A DNA stretch of 62,391 bases, filler included, from Nemertoderma westbladi (taxonomy: Eukaryota; Animalia; Xenacoelomorpha): assembly GCA_032718475.1 (NCBI GenBank). It is 3 parts of 3 records of this genome, joined end to end, with 100 filler letters (N's around TTAATTAATTAA, not from the genome) between each part and the next. Parts side by side here need not be neighbours in the genome. Positions count along the whole stretch, not along the records: positions 22,002 to 52,568 come from JAUCBJ010000689.1; 2 more parts are not named here. One strand, given 5' to 3'. A program made the position numbers and the translations under genes. Of this stretch, positions 36,170 through 48,291 are shown in pieces. Position 1 is the first letter of the stretch, and each line of letters opens with the position of its first letter. The notes beneath the pieces are model-generated. The model saw nothing but the letters and a program-made list of their open reading frames with translations. It was not told the DNA's origin and ran no database searches.

Positions 36170-38285
36170 CTAGAAAGCCTGTGGCCCTTCGGGCCACAGC
36201 TTTCTACAGTAGTGCACGTGCAGATGATATATGAATATGTGTGGGAGATTTGAGAACTGCATACGGAACAGACACCATCATTAAATAAAACACCACCCCC
36301 ATAAGAGATAACTGTCAAGTTTCAACTTTAGGCAGATTGTAAATAACAAAATTTCCAGAAAATGATCACTTTCAGATCCACCCTCTACCTGCGGACTGGT
36401 GAAATGCAGACGGCGCTGCAGTTTGGTAAAGATGGGGTTTATGGTGAAGTAAAATGCCTGCCTTTCAAGTTTCAGCTTAAACAGATTGTAAATAACAAAA
36501 TTGGTGTAGATGTTCACATTCAGACATTTCACCCTCTAGCGGTAGACTGAAGAACTGTGGACGACTCTGGGACTCCGTAAAGATACAGAATATGCTGTAG
36601 TAGATTCTTGCCAAGTTCCAGCTCAATAGGATTAAAAAGAACCAAATGGGATGAGGTGTTCACTATCAGATATGTCGCCCTCTAGCGGCAGATGGGGGGA
36701 CTGTATACAACTCTGTGACTCCGTAAAGGTACAGCCTATGCTGTAGTAGATGCCTACCAAGTTTCAGTCTAAACCGTTAGTAAATAACAAAGTTGGAGAA
36801 GATGTTAACTTTCAGACATTTCACCCTCTAGCGGTAGACTGGGGAAGTGAATAGGATTCTGCAACCCCGTAAAGATACAGCCTATGATGTAGTAGATACC
36901 AACCAAGTTTCAGCTCAAAATGATTAAAAAGAACCAAATGGGATGAGGTGTTCACTATCAGATATGTCGCCCTCTAGCGGCAGATGGGGGGACTGTATAC
37001 AACTCTGTAACTCCGTAAAGGTACAGCCTATGCTGTAGTAGATGCCTACCAAGTTTCAGTCTAAAAGGATTGTAAATAACAAAGTTGGAGGAGATGTTAA
37101 CTTTCATACATTTCGCCCTCTAGCGGCAGACGCGGGTAATGTAGACAACTCTGCGCGACTCAGTAAAGATATAGCCTATGCTGTAGTAGATGCCTACCAA
37201 GTTCAGTCTAAATGGATTATAAATAACAAAGTTGGAGAAGATGTTAACTCTCAGACATTTAGCCCTCTAACGGTAGACTGGGGAACTGTGGACAACTCAG
37301 TGACTCCGGAAATATACAGCCTATGCTGCAGTATATAGCTACCAAGTTTCAGCTCAAAAGCATTAAAAACAACCCAATGAGATCAGGTTTTCACTATCGG
37401 ACAATTCGCCCTCTAGCGGCAGATGGGGGAACTTCAGACGGCTCTGAGTATTACGTTGCAACGAGTTAGGGCGAGACCTATCTAACGAGCTATAGTAAGC
37501 GAGATTTCATCGAGATTAGATGTATAATATTAGATAAAATAATAATACAGTAAGTATAGGCCTACAGAAATAATTATTTTACTTTTAATATTCATAACAG
37601 TAAAACAAAAATGTTATAAACCTCTCCTTCCATGCAGCCAATGATTGAGAAAGCAGAATTACTCTGAGCAATTCGCAACAGACAACCCAAACCCACCCCA
37701 CCCCAATCAACACTCCAGCCTGCTTGCTCCTTATCTGTGCCCAGCCAGCTAGCTGCGATTTCAATAATTACCTTAACGTTGCTATGATACAGAAAAAAAT
37801 CCTTCCCTATTCACTACAGCACTAAGAATAGGCCAATTCGATCCTGCTTGGCGAATATGACATATTTATACACTATTTGATTTTTAATCAATAAATAATC
37901 ATACATATTTATATTAAACACTCGAATAAAATAAATACTTTGTGAGAATGGGACATGGCGAATCTACTCATGTTAATTTGATACCAGATGGGATAAATGT
38001 TACCCCTCTAAATAATTAATTACCGATAGAAGAACCGAAATAATTCGATACATTTCGCCCGAACGAACACAAAATACGCATTCACGCAAGCAAACGCGTA
38101 AAATTAGCCTCGAGATTGCGATAGTTTACGTGCTCAGGACGAGAGCTTTCGATCGATGTATCATTTGCTCAGATTGGTGCATGTGTGTCGGAGCGTATAG
38201 CTTGGACAGACTCACAGACTCATAGACTCACAGACTCACAGACTCACAGACTCACAGACAGACAGAGGATATTTATATATATAGA
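36170..38285 (-). mobile_element. Non-autonomous Helitron copy A2 (near-identical to A1, one ~146-bp unit fewer)
   Basis: Near-identity with 31161-33387; 5' end followed on the plus strand by (TAGA)n. Confidence 0.85.
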
Positions 38286-38722
38286 TAGATAGATAGATAA
38301 CAGTAATAATTTGGAGCGAATCAACTTAAAAACGGCTCTAACGATTTCGTTCAATTTTTGCATGGCGCAATGTTTTGATGACCACTATCGATTCCTGCTG
38401 GTCCCATGTGTGTCCATGTGGATCGAAAAAAGACAAACGAAAACACGCCATATGCAATGATAAGCACCAGCTGGTGCTCATGAAAATCGGATAGCGTAGG
38501 ATTAGTAATGATATTCAATAGGGAGGGCCCAACTACCTAGAAAGTACCGTACTTTCTTTGCCAAGTTTACATGCACTCTTTTATCTCAGGCTGTAAAGGG
38601 GGATCCCCACCCAACCAACGCGTCAAGCGGATGCGTCATGCGTCAAAATTATAAAATAAATTGCATGGGTTCTTATTAGAGCAGCTCTATCCAACGCGTA
38701 ACCCTCCCTTAATCATAACTTG

Positions 38723-39031
38723 ATAATTGAAAGTAACGACATGACTAACAGGGGGTTGTTATGTATATATTGAATTAAAAGTAAACAAACAAGAGTCTTA
38801 CACCCCTTAAACTACAAAAAAATATAGAATCAGGACATTTAGCCTAAAATTACGTACTTCTCGGCCCCTAGGACCATAAAAGAGTACAAACAAAACAAAC
38901 AAAAAAAAAACAAACAAAATCAAAAACAAATATAATGACATGGTCAACATACAGGTATGTATCGTATGTCCTGATTCTATATTTTTTTGTAGTTTATGGG
39001 GTGTAAGACTCTTGTTTGTTTACTTTCAATT
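38723..39031. mobile_element. MITE with ~65-bp inverted repeats
   Basis: AAAGTAAACAAACAAGAGTCTTACACCCCTTAAACTACAAAAAAATATAGAATCAGGACAT (~38778-38838) is inverted at ~38966-39026; TAATCATAACTTG is directly repeated on both flanks. Confidence 0.7.
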
Positions 39032-39475
39032 TAATCATAACTTGGTTGTTTTCTATTTCTTAGGTTCGGGTGAGAATTGATGCGCACTTGTGTTTCACAG
39101 AATGGCTCATCAATGATAGTGCAAAGTTAAGTGTTAAGTTAAGATTACGGGAGGGTTACTGGCAGTGTACTCTGTTAACATGTTCGTGGGGCCTTCGTGC
39201 AGCACGAGGCTCAGTTAGGAGATACAAATTAAAATTGAGCAATTCTATTACAAAATTAATAAATTTTACCAAACCGCCAATAAATCAAAGATCTCCTTCA
39301 ACCCGCCGTCTTAATCAAAATAATTTTTTGAAAGCTAATGTGATATTATATTCTATATATTTTGTTGAATAATAAAACATTGAAGTCGATCTCGGTTGTA
39401 TTAAATTTTTTAACAATTACTGAATTAATTATATAATTCAAATATTTAGTTTAGTATGTATAAAATATATTTTAG

Positions 39476-39631
39476 AGTTGTATGGGATGACGTCTGAAAC
39501 GTTTCCCTGGTGCAAGGTCTTTCATTGTAAACCAAATCCTTACTGGGTTGTTTCACAATGTTGAATTTGTCCATAAACGTGGGCGGGATCCGATTATGTA
39601 CTTTCTAGATGATAGAAAACAAGTGGTTATG
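39476..39631 (+). CDS. SELENOM: Selenoprotein M, redox-motif exon with Sec TGA at 39488-39490
   Basis: ttttag|AGT TGT ATG GGA TGA CGT...GTT ATG|gtaagt; SCMGURLKRFPGARSFIVNQILTGLFHNVEFVHKRGRDPIMYFLDDRKQVVM matches SelM (CGGUQLNRL..F.....YHNL..KH.PGADP.L..L). Confidence 0.88.
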
Positions 39632-39879
39632 GTAAGTTTGTCTGTAATTCGTAATTCTAATAATTAACTTTAGCAATGAATGATGAATGTATTGCAAAAA
39701 TTATTAAATTATCACAATATTTCAACTCCCCTTGCGGGGGCCTTCTCGGGTGAGGAAGTTAATCCCCTTACTGTTTACGGAGAAACCATAAACCCAACAC
39801 TACCGGAATAATTGCACTAATTACACCAATAAAATAATGTACAATTTAAAACGCCAGTAATTGAATGCCACCCCAAATT

Positions 39880-41595
39880 AGATGATTTCACACCAAAAAA
39901 TTATTTAGCACCAGATATATTTGTTGTACACCAATGTACATCCCCCAATTTTGAATATCTCTCTCACCAAATACAATTATTTATCCCCCAAAAACAATAA
40001 TTCATCCCCCAAAAACAATTATTGATTCCCCAAATACAATTATTCATCCCCCAAAAACAATTATTGATTCCCCAAATACAATTATTCATCCCCCAAAAAC
40101 AATAATTCATCCCCAAAAACAATTATTCACCCCCCAAAAACAATTATTCATCCCCCAAAAACAATTATTCATAGCCCTAAAACAATTATTCAATCTCCCC
40201 AAAACAATTATTTAATCTCACTAAAATAATTACTTGTCAACCAAAAACAATTCTTTCAGCACCAAATATTTTATGGAAAATTTTATTATAGGCCTACAAA
40301 TTCATTCATTATTTATTTCCATAAATCAAACAAATTGTTTAATCATATTATACCAACGATTCTCGGATGAAACACAAAACAAAGACCCAATTATAAAGAC
40401 CTGCATAATCTTGTAACATGTTAACTTTCGTTTATTGTTTTGGTTCCACCAACACGCCTCTGTAACCTGCTCCTTACTAACCTGCTCTTTTAAATGGCAA
40501 TGGGACCTAACGCTCTTTGTGTCCTAATGCGACTTTTCCTCTTTGTTTTGTACAGAACTGGCAGTAAAGTCTTGGGTCTTTGTTTTGTATGTACTAACCC
40601 GACTATTTAGGTAACATTAGTTTACAACTGAGAGTCTGTTTATTTTGGTAGAATATTTGATTATTTTGGGGGAATAATCATTTTTATTGGGGGAATATGT
40701 ATTTATTCTTGGGAATAATTATTTATTACATGGGAAAATAAGTATAACTTTTATTCACTATTCTCGAGGCATTTTATTTACCGAGCGTCAGTGAATTTAA
40801 TAAAGGATCTAGATAATATTGAAAAAAAGTGTTCCACTTTTTTTCCTCATGTAATACGTAATTTTATTCGTAAATTGGTACTTTTTTGTTGCTTATTTCT
40901 TTAATAAAACGTACAGCGATATAGTGGTACAAAATAAATTGAACTAGTATTTTACTATATTGCTTCCTTAGTTACTGCAATTCAAATTTCTGTAATCTTC
41001 AACTCCTGATGCTGCCTTAATGTTAAATAATTTAGTGTTCTCGAATATTTATCACGTAACTAAAGAGCCGCTTAACAATATAAACCAATATTGGATATTG
41101 AGTTCCGTTTTGGAGTTCGCCTTGCTGACACTAAAGTTGCAATAACTTTTGAGTGAGTGAATGGATTTTACTAAAATTACTGCAAACCTTTTCTACGTCG
41201 AATCTCTTTGAACACATTTAATAAAATTTAAGAAATTCCACCAAAAATATTTTATTTTACTTTTTTTGCCGAGAAAAAAAGTAAAATCAATGCAATCCTA
41301 TGGGTTACTTTTTTCCTAAGGAAAAAAAGTGCCACTTTTTCTCTCGATTTTGGTCTAAATTTGAGCGAAGAAGTAACAGTTTAAGAATAAAATATGTATT
41401 TATTTTGGGGGAAAATTTATTTATTTTGGGGAAATTTGTATTTGTTTTGGGGGCATTTGTATTTATTTTGGGGGCATTTGTATTTATTTTGGGGGTTTTG
41501 TCATTTATTTTGGTGTGAATAATTGGTTTCGGGGAGCATTTACTTATTTTGGCGTTGAATAATTGTTTTTGGTGTTGAATAATTGTTTTAGGGTC
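39880..41595. mobile_element. Foldback-like element with inverted arrays of ~21-bp units; a 680-bp repeat and a small MITE are nested in it
   Basis: AAAACAATTATTCATCCCCC arrays at ~39960-40260 and complementary TTTATTTTGGGGG/AATAATTGTTTT arrays at ~40650-40710 and 41395-41590; lies in a SELENOM intron. Confidence 0.5.
40714..41395. repeat. Inverted copy of the interspersed repeat at 16195-16882
   Basis: Reverse-complement match over the whole length. Confidence 0.85.
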
Positions 41596-41718
41596 ACATT
41601 ATTTAAAGTGATATATGGTAAATGTAAGTGACATTTAATTAAGAAACGAAAGCGTTCAGTAATAGGTAAATTTGTTGTGAGGTTATTGGAAATTATGCAT
41701 TGATATTCATATTTTTAG

Positions 41719-41871
41719 GAATTTTACATGGGCGATAAATCTGAGTGGGAACTGCAGGCTATACTCATAGACAATGGTTTCTATAAGAAGTGGTCGTCTA
41801 ATGATGTAATCCCATCTAAATATCTGCGCGGTCCCTATACATCTGCTAGTATAGTGAAAAGGGATTTGTAA
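41719..41871 (+). CDS. SELENOM: Selenoprotein M, last coding exon with ER-retention-like C-terminus
   Basis: ttttag|GAA TTT...GAT TTG TAA; EFYMGDKSEWELQAILIDNGFYKKWSSNDVIPSKYLRGPYTSASIVKRDL*, matching SelM GFYRK....VP.EY..AP....xDL; phase 0 fits the upstream exon. Confidence 0.88.
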   Translation, partial: EFYMGDKSEWELQAILIDNGFYKKWSSNDVIPSKYLRGPYTSASIVKRDL

Positions 41872-41926
41872 CTTTGTTAAATTCTTTATACACCGCCTCG
41901 GCCTGCCATTCAATTACTTTAGTAAA

Positions 41927-42020
41927 TGGTTATGATACCCAAACCCATTAATGACATTTTATTGCTAAACATGATTTTCATGAGCATTAAAGTTGATATT
42001 CAGTGTGAATTTATCATACC
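41927..42020 (+). promoter_or_regulatory. SECIS element (type II) in the SELENOM 3'UTR
   Basis: ATGA (41951) C ATTTTATTGCT AAA CATGA-TTT-TCATG AGCATTAAAGT TGAT: GA quartet core, 11-bp helix II, unpaired AAA and apical mini-stem; basal pairing TGGTTATGATA / TATCATACCA. Confidence 0.88.
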
Positions 42021-43572
42021 AGATACTTTACTATCGTCGTTTTAAATATTTTACCGGTATTGTCCTTGTGTGAGTTGTTCAATAATTAAAATAAATTTTG
42101 CAATGTTAGTGTTAGTTAACTTTACACCTAAAAAGTATTTAATATAATTACATTCGAAGCGAATGGCGATGGTGTACACATAGGTAAATTAGTACCAATA
42201 AAGGCAACATTCGGATTTCTGAAGCCACATATTCTGGAAATATATCTAAACAGATAAGTGAAGAACAAAAGCTAACTAAAATTACGCCTATTTATAACTT
42301 TTCTTTATAATTTAAATCCGGGTAGGACTGTATCAAAATATAATTAATTATAAATAAAATTATAAATAAGTTCAGTAGGTTGTTTTGAAAATTAGGGCCT
42401 ATGGTGCCGGGACTTCGTTGTATAGCATAGAGTCCCTTTACTGATATCATTACTGTAGGGCCGTATGCAAAGCTGCCACTATACAAGTTTGTTGTGCTCT
42501 AACAGTTGTACTGTAGTACAATGCATGCACAGTCGCACAAGTAAATTATATGGACTGACATTTAGTTTCCCCCTAGTAATTTCTCATAAAAAATATATTA
42601 AAATATGACGAAAACCACCTACACCTTAGTACAAATACCCCAAAGCTAAATTTATATTTGTATTCGAATAACTGTAGCCCTATAAAATCCGGACCCCGGA
42701 CGCATTTAGTGCTTAGGGTAGACTTCTTGTGTAGATACTGTACAATAATATTTAAACTTTTATAGTATTATTATACTATTATAATAATATTTAAACTCTT
42801 ATATATTATGCTGTGATATGCTATATATATCATTATTTATGATGCTATGCTGTCAAAATAATGCTATGGCTAACTAAAATACCACAATTAGGACTAAATA
42901 CATTGTAACTAACCTTTTAACTGCAATTATGGGAGTCTGGTGTCGATAGACTGGTACATATACCGGTAGCCAATGTGCTACATTGTGCTACTGTATGTAT
43001 AGCATAATTGATCATGATATACCGCAAATATGATGTAATGACTTGCTGCGGTTTGGGTGTTATATTAAGAATAATATGGCTGGAATAGACAGACAACTGG
43101 GGTTAATTTAAACTGAATAATGGTGCGTGTCAAAACTGACGCACTCCGCCCTTTCTAGGGGTAGTCAAAGTCTGGCCTTTCTAGTGTTAAGTCGCATTCT
43201 ATCCGGTTCTTATAAAATATACGCAGTAGTAAAATCAAAAGTAATGTAAAATCAAAAAGAACATATTATTAGTCTGTTGTCCCAATATTATATTATCTTG
43301 CTAATTTCGAAACAAAGTGTGAATTTATTATGATTTAATGCCTACAGTATTTCATTAAATCGCGCAATCACACGTAAGTCTAAACCATACTTTATTGCTA
43401 TGTAAGGCATTATTAACCAAGTCAATCATTTTGAATGAGATACCCATATTTGCTCACAGCCGGCCAATCGAGTCTCGCTTTGTTCGTAATTAAATACTTT
43501 CTAGAAAAGCAACTGTTTCCAGAATTTCGGTCTAATGGCAGATCATACTGTAGTATCGGAATTATTGTTGTT

Positions 43573-44886
43573 TCAATGTATTGTATGGAAAACAACTAAA
43601 GAAATGAAAACTATAATGAAAGGTAATCCTGTCATACTAATTAGCCAAGATGCGATCTGGAATCCATAATAGTCATTGAGCATGCTTCCGAACAAGGTAC
43701 CCAATACATTTCCAAGGGATTGAGAGATTCTCAGAGCCTGTTGAATAAGTGTACGAGTATCGACGTTGTCAGGGTAACCGCAATCCTTTATTGCCAATCG
43801 CGTCTGCGTTTCCAGTCCAGGAGCCTGAAAAATCCCGGCTCCTATCCCTAAAAGAGCTAAGCCAAGAAGTGAAACCTTTAGGTTTGATGCCATCCCAAGA
43901 AATGCCGTAGGTCCAATCAGGACCATGGCTATGGGTATCAGACAAATACCAATTATGGTTGGGTAGGCTGTGTTAAGATTCTCAAATTTATTCATCACCA
44001 ATGTCATTATCAGTCCCATAGAACATGCCATGACTGGATATATTGTAAAAATGCCCCCTATTTCGTATTGGATTACATTATAGTGGGAATCAAGATATGT
44101 CGCCAAATTCGTTGCCACATACTGAGAGGAGACCGTCTGATACATGTTGAGAAAAAATATAAGTGTAATTCTGGGTTTCTTGAAAATACCCAGATAGGTA
44201 GGCCTTTCTGCTTCTGTGTGACATCTGTCTTGTAGATATGCGGGGGAATTTCCCCAACAGTAAAGGACTACCAGCAAGTACATAATGCCAGATGCAATGA
44301 ACGGAGTCGCAAATCCGAAACGAACAAACAGTAATGAACCAACAACCGGGGCTATCATGAACCCGAGATGACCAAATACACAGGCGATACTGGCCAACAG
44401 CGTTCGGTATGAGGGACACAATTCCATTAACAGACTAAAGGAATAAATATAACTAATGTTGAATCCAACCGCTTCAGATATTCGGAGAAGAAAACATACT
44501 GCTATATAGGCGGAATTGTTCTTAATGTTCTCCATTAGACCGAAAAGCAACAACGAAACGGATCCAATTATACCAAATAAACCGAGTGAGATTCGAGTAC
44601 CCCAATTGGTAATCGAATGAACAAGTACAAGATAAATTAATAGTCGCATTGACGAATATGTTGCTAATGCTGCCCCTGTTAGCGACTTTGACCATTCTCT
44701 GTTCTCTACGACAATTGGGAAAAACGACTCCAGCAGGTTCATGCACCATCCAGGTACCAATTGGTAGACCACAAGTAACCCTATAAGAATATTTAGTCTC
44801 CATCCCCTTATATTCCCGGCATGAGTGGTGTTCTCAGTCAATTTGTTGTCTTCTATATTAGTGAGTACTGTCGATTTAGGGCCCAT
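43573..44886 (-). CDS. MFS transporter, SLC18B1-like, no coding introns; start likely MGPKS at 44886 (the track start is a TTG)
   Basis: About 12 hydrophobic segments; SFFPIV..., CFLLRISEAVG, LGFMIAPVVGSLLFVRFGFATPF, SLGNVLGTLFGSMLNDYYGF. Subfamily call is tentative. Confidence 0.8.
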   Translation of the reverse strand: MGPKSTVLTNIEDNKLTENTTHAGNIRGWRLNILIGLLVVYQLVPGWCMNLLESFFPIVVENREWSKSLTGAALATYSSMRLLIYLVLVHSITNWGTRISLGLFGIIGSVSLLLFGLMENIKNNSAYIAVCFLLRISEAVGFNISYIYSFSLLMELCPSYRTLLASIACVFGHLGFMIAPVVGSLLFVRFGFATPFIASGIMYLLVVLYCWGNSPAYLQDRCHTEAERPTYLGIFKKPRITLIFFLNMYQTVSSQYVATNLATYLDSHYNVIQYEIGGIFTIYPVMACSMGLIMTLVMNKFENLNTAYPTIIGICLIPIAMVLIGPTAFLGMASNLKVSLLGLALLGIGAGIFQAPGLETQTRLAIKDCGYPDNVDTRTLIQQALRISQSLGNVLGTLFGSMLNDYYGFQIASWLISMTGLPFIIVFISLVVFHTIH

Positions 44887-46779
44887 AATAATGTTATTGT
44901 CACTGCTGTATAAATTTATTAATTTAATTAACAAAAATATGTAATAATGTATTATTTATATTATAGTCAATTTCTATAAACAAATTACGTATGTGTAGAC
45001 AAAAACTTATTACATATTTCAATGGTCACTACTAACTTACGCTGCTCTTATATGGGGCCCAAGCCACTAAGTTGACTGCCATATGGGTGTAATTCACAAT
45101 AATTTATTGTCATGCCAAAATTTGTCGATTGGGAGAGTAGTATTAGTATTATTATAGTAGCCGCTATGGATGTTCATTATTTATCTATTTCCACTTCCAT
45201 TTCATACTGTATTAGTAGCGAGTAGATAAGCTGGCCAAATAAATGAGGGTTGATAGCACAGCAGCTGCAGTGGCTGCAGAGACAGATGCAGGGCCTGTGC
45301 AGAGGAATTTTATATACCACACCTCACTTGAGATTCTCTTTATTGGTGGTGCGGGTTTGGTGGGATGTTTTTTAGTTATTTACTCACCATACGGCACTGA
45401 TTTTTTCATGATTGATATCGCACTTTTCCGAATTAATATCACACTTTAAGTGCAGTCTAATTGTGAGAATTTTCCAATATTTTCTGTCACTCGTTGCCCA
45501 TCTATATTTAACATAATAACAGTGTTGTAAATGCCAGGAATGATTTTTTTAAATAATTGTGCAATAGGGTGTCATCTAAATATTTATTGATAATCTACTA
45601 AAGCTAAAGCATAACACGCCTCGTTTATCTGTTAATTACCCCTAATGAAAGTGAAATTTTCGAAAATTTAAGAAATTTTCAAAAAATGTTTTCAACTATC
45701 TTTGTAATTTGATGGAGCTTATCTAGATATCACCTTGAATGATTTTTCACCACAAAATAGCACCTAGCATATCAACAATATACTGTAATTTTTAGGGCTG
45801 ATATTCATGGCTCTCTATATAAATCTATCCTTATCTCTGTTTGTCTATTTCGACATTTTTCATCACAAAATTCCCTACTACTGTTTCATTTCTCATTCAG
45901 TTTTCATCAAACATATACCAAAATGTTCAGCAGCTTTAGGGCTACAATCGTGAGTATTTGGTTTTGTAATACATGATCTAGAGCAGATTTTGTAATTGCT
46001 ACTCTTTGTCTATCTCAAAATATATGTTGCTCAAAAAATAGTTCGAACATTCTAAAACCCCCATAAATTTTTCCAAAACAATAATATCATCCTGAAATTG
46101 ACATAATGGATAAAGGATGGTAGGCCTATGTCCATTGCGTCAAACCCTTGGACAAAGAACTTCAATACAGGTTGTATTACTGACTTAAAAAACCGACCTC
46201 CACAAAACGTGCCTTATTTTTCTAACAAAGGGGTCTACGAAGTTATCCATACTCAATCAGTTTTCATTGTAAAAGATCACAGATCATTGTGTTAAGTTTC
46301 AGAGTTGTAGCTTTATAAATAAATTAAAATAGATTTGGAAGAATGGTCCCCTTAATATTTTATTTAATAATAGAGAAGAACTGGATAAATAATAATCAAC
46401 CTTTTAAAATATAAGAATACACTAAAGATTGCTTTAATGAACGCACGCACTCTAATAAAGTTACATAGTAAACAGGTTAACATGGTACCTCTGGTCCATC
46501 ACTATCCAAGAATATCTGATTTGTCATGAAGATACTGCCATGAAGTAAAATGACGTATTTGAATTAAATGAATGGACGTTTGTAACAAGCCCAGCAGAAA
46601 ATCGAAAAAAATTCGACCAATGCATCATCAACAATTGGTGGAATAGGAAGTCTGATATGTCCATCGGCACTTAAGCACGAAATCGTATCTATAAATTCCA
46701 GGGTTCAAAACAGCTTTGATGTACTCCAGTCAATAGAAAAAGACCTTTCTGCTGATTATATCTACCAGAATAATACATT

Positions 46780-48099
46780 AATACTACTACTAGGATCGGC
46801 ATGCTGCATTGCAGCTGCATTTTTAAGAATGCTGTGCCGGCTTGTCTACAAAATTGCACCGCCACAACTCCCTATCACCCATGACATTTGCTAGATCATC
46901 CGCATCTTCAAGGCCAGTGTCCTTTAAGATGCGTCTCAAGAAAGTCATGGGCTGTCCACCATGCTTATTCACTCCATGAGGCTGCCAAAGTACAAGATTA
47001 TGCACTGGCTGGTCCTCACGGCGAAAGCAATGTCCTGCAAAGCGGAGGCGATTTTGTTCTAGTGTCAAGCTTGGGGGAACCAATGAGACACCTCCAATGT
47101 TATATAGTGTCTGGTTGGAGATGTGTGCATTGTACTTGACACAATGAACCCGGCGTAGCATTCTTGTGAATGTGCCATCCAGAGATTTGGTGTCCTCAGC
47201 AGTTAGAGCCCAGCATGGACTCCCGTAGAGGAGTGCTGGAACTACTGCTGCTCTAAATAATCGGACCTTAAGTTTCCGATTAATTCTCGGTGACTTCCAA
47301 ATCCTGGAAAGCCTATTTAAGGCTGCCCATGCCTTCCCCTTACGTATTCGAAGGTCCTCACCTGACTTCCGGATCCATGATCCCAGGTAACAGAAGTCGT
47401 CCACATGCTCAAGCATACCATCCTTTGAGCTTATGCTCATCCGATCAGAGACTTGCTGAGGACTTTCAAAGTTAACTGTCAAAATTTTGGTCTTTCTGGA
47501 GTTAATAAAAAGACCAACACTAGAAGCAGCATGTTCTAATGAGCTGAGGAGCCGTTGGGCTCCCTCCAATGTTTCTGAGAGTACTCCTAAGTCATCAGCA
47601 AAGTCTAGATCAGTTAGGTACTTGGCAGGATTTCCTCGATTTCTGGAGCCAGTAGGTGGAGTTATCATCACCCCATCATCATTATGATGATCTAAGGACA
47701 TGCGTAGAACATAGTCAACCACAATAATGAACAAGAATGGTGCAAGTGTGTCTCCTTGGAGGACGCCCCATAACACTTCAAATGGTTCTGTGTCACCGTC
47801 AACAGTAGACACAAATGTTGTCGAACCATCGTATACTTATCTGATTGCTGCAATATTTTCATCAGGAATCCCATATAATGAAAGTATGCTGAACATACGT
47901 GAGCGAGAGACTGAATCAAAGGCCTTGAAGAAGTCAACAAAGATAACAGCCAGATACCTGTCTTTCTTTTTTGATAATTCTTCAATTATCCTTCTAAGTG
48001 CCAAAATGGGCTCCATGGTCCCACGACCTTTACGGAACCCATTCTGATTTCCACGGAGCAGTCTCTCAATGGGATCCCTGATGCGATTTAATAGAATCC
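46780..48099 (-). mobile_element. RTE-like non-LTR retrotransposon 3' part (RT pseudogene), 5'-interrupted by the Gypsy element
   Basis: RILLNRI..NQNGFRKGR..FVDFFKAFDSV..IR*VYDG (in-frame TAA at 47839-47837)..GVLQGDTLAPFLF..DFADD..FCYLGS..LRFAGHC; (TAG)n tail at ~46782-46792. Confidence 0.9.
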
Positions 48100-48280
48100 T
48101 GTAGTGTATTGAGGAGCGAGTAGTCAGGCTGTGAGGCTTAGGACGGTACCGGTAGATCGGGAGAACAGTATATGTATGTATCTGTACCGGTAGGAGAGAA
48201 TCCGTGATTATATTATACCGCTGTTAATACTGTTATATATGTTCAATGTATCATATCTGATTCGGGATCAATATATTATA
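48100..48280 (+). mobile_element. 5' LTR of the Gypsy element (181 bp), followed by PBS TGGCGACGAA at 48282-48291
   Basis: Imperfect terminal inverted repeats TGTAGTGTATTGA / TCAATATATTATA; begins exactly where LINE homology stops; TGG-initiated PBS directly before the gag ATG. Confidence 0.8.
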
Positions 48281-48291
48281 TTGGCGACGAA

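Noticed and set aside
31273-37338. Duplicated short ORFs (62-98 aa) in the Helitron array
   Set aside because: By-products of the tandem repeat sequence; no Rep/Helicase or other motifs.
17083-44934. Polyamine-transport gene cluster (ATP13A plus SLC18B1-like)
   Set aside because: The genes lie on different contigs separated by an artificial linker, and the MFS substrate is not established.
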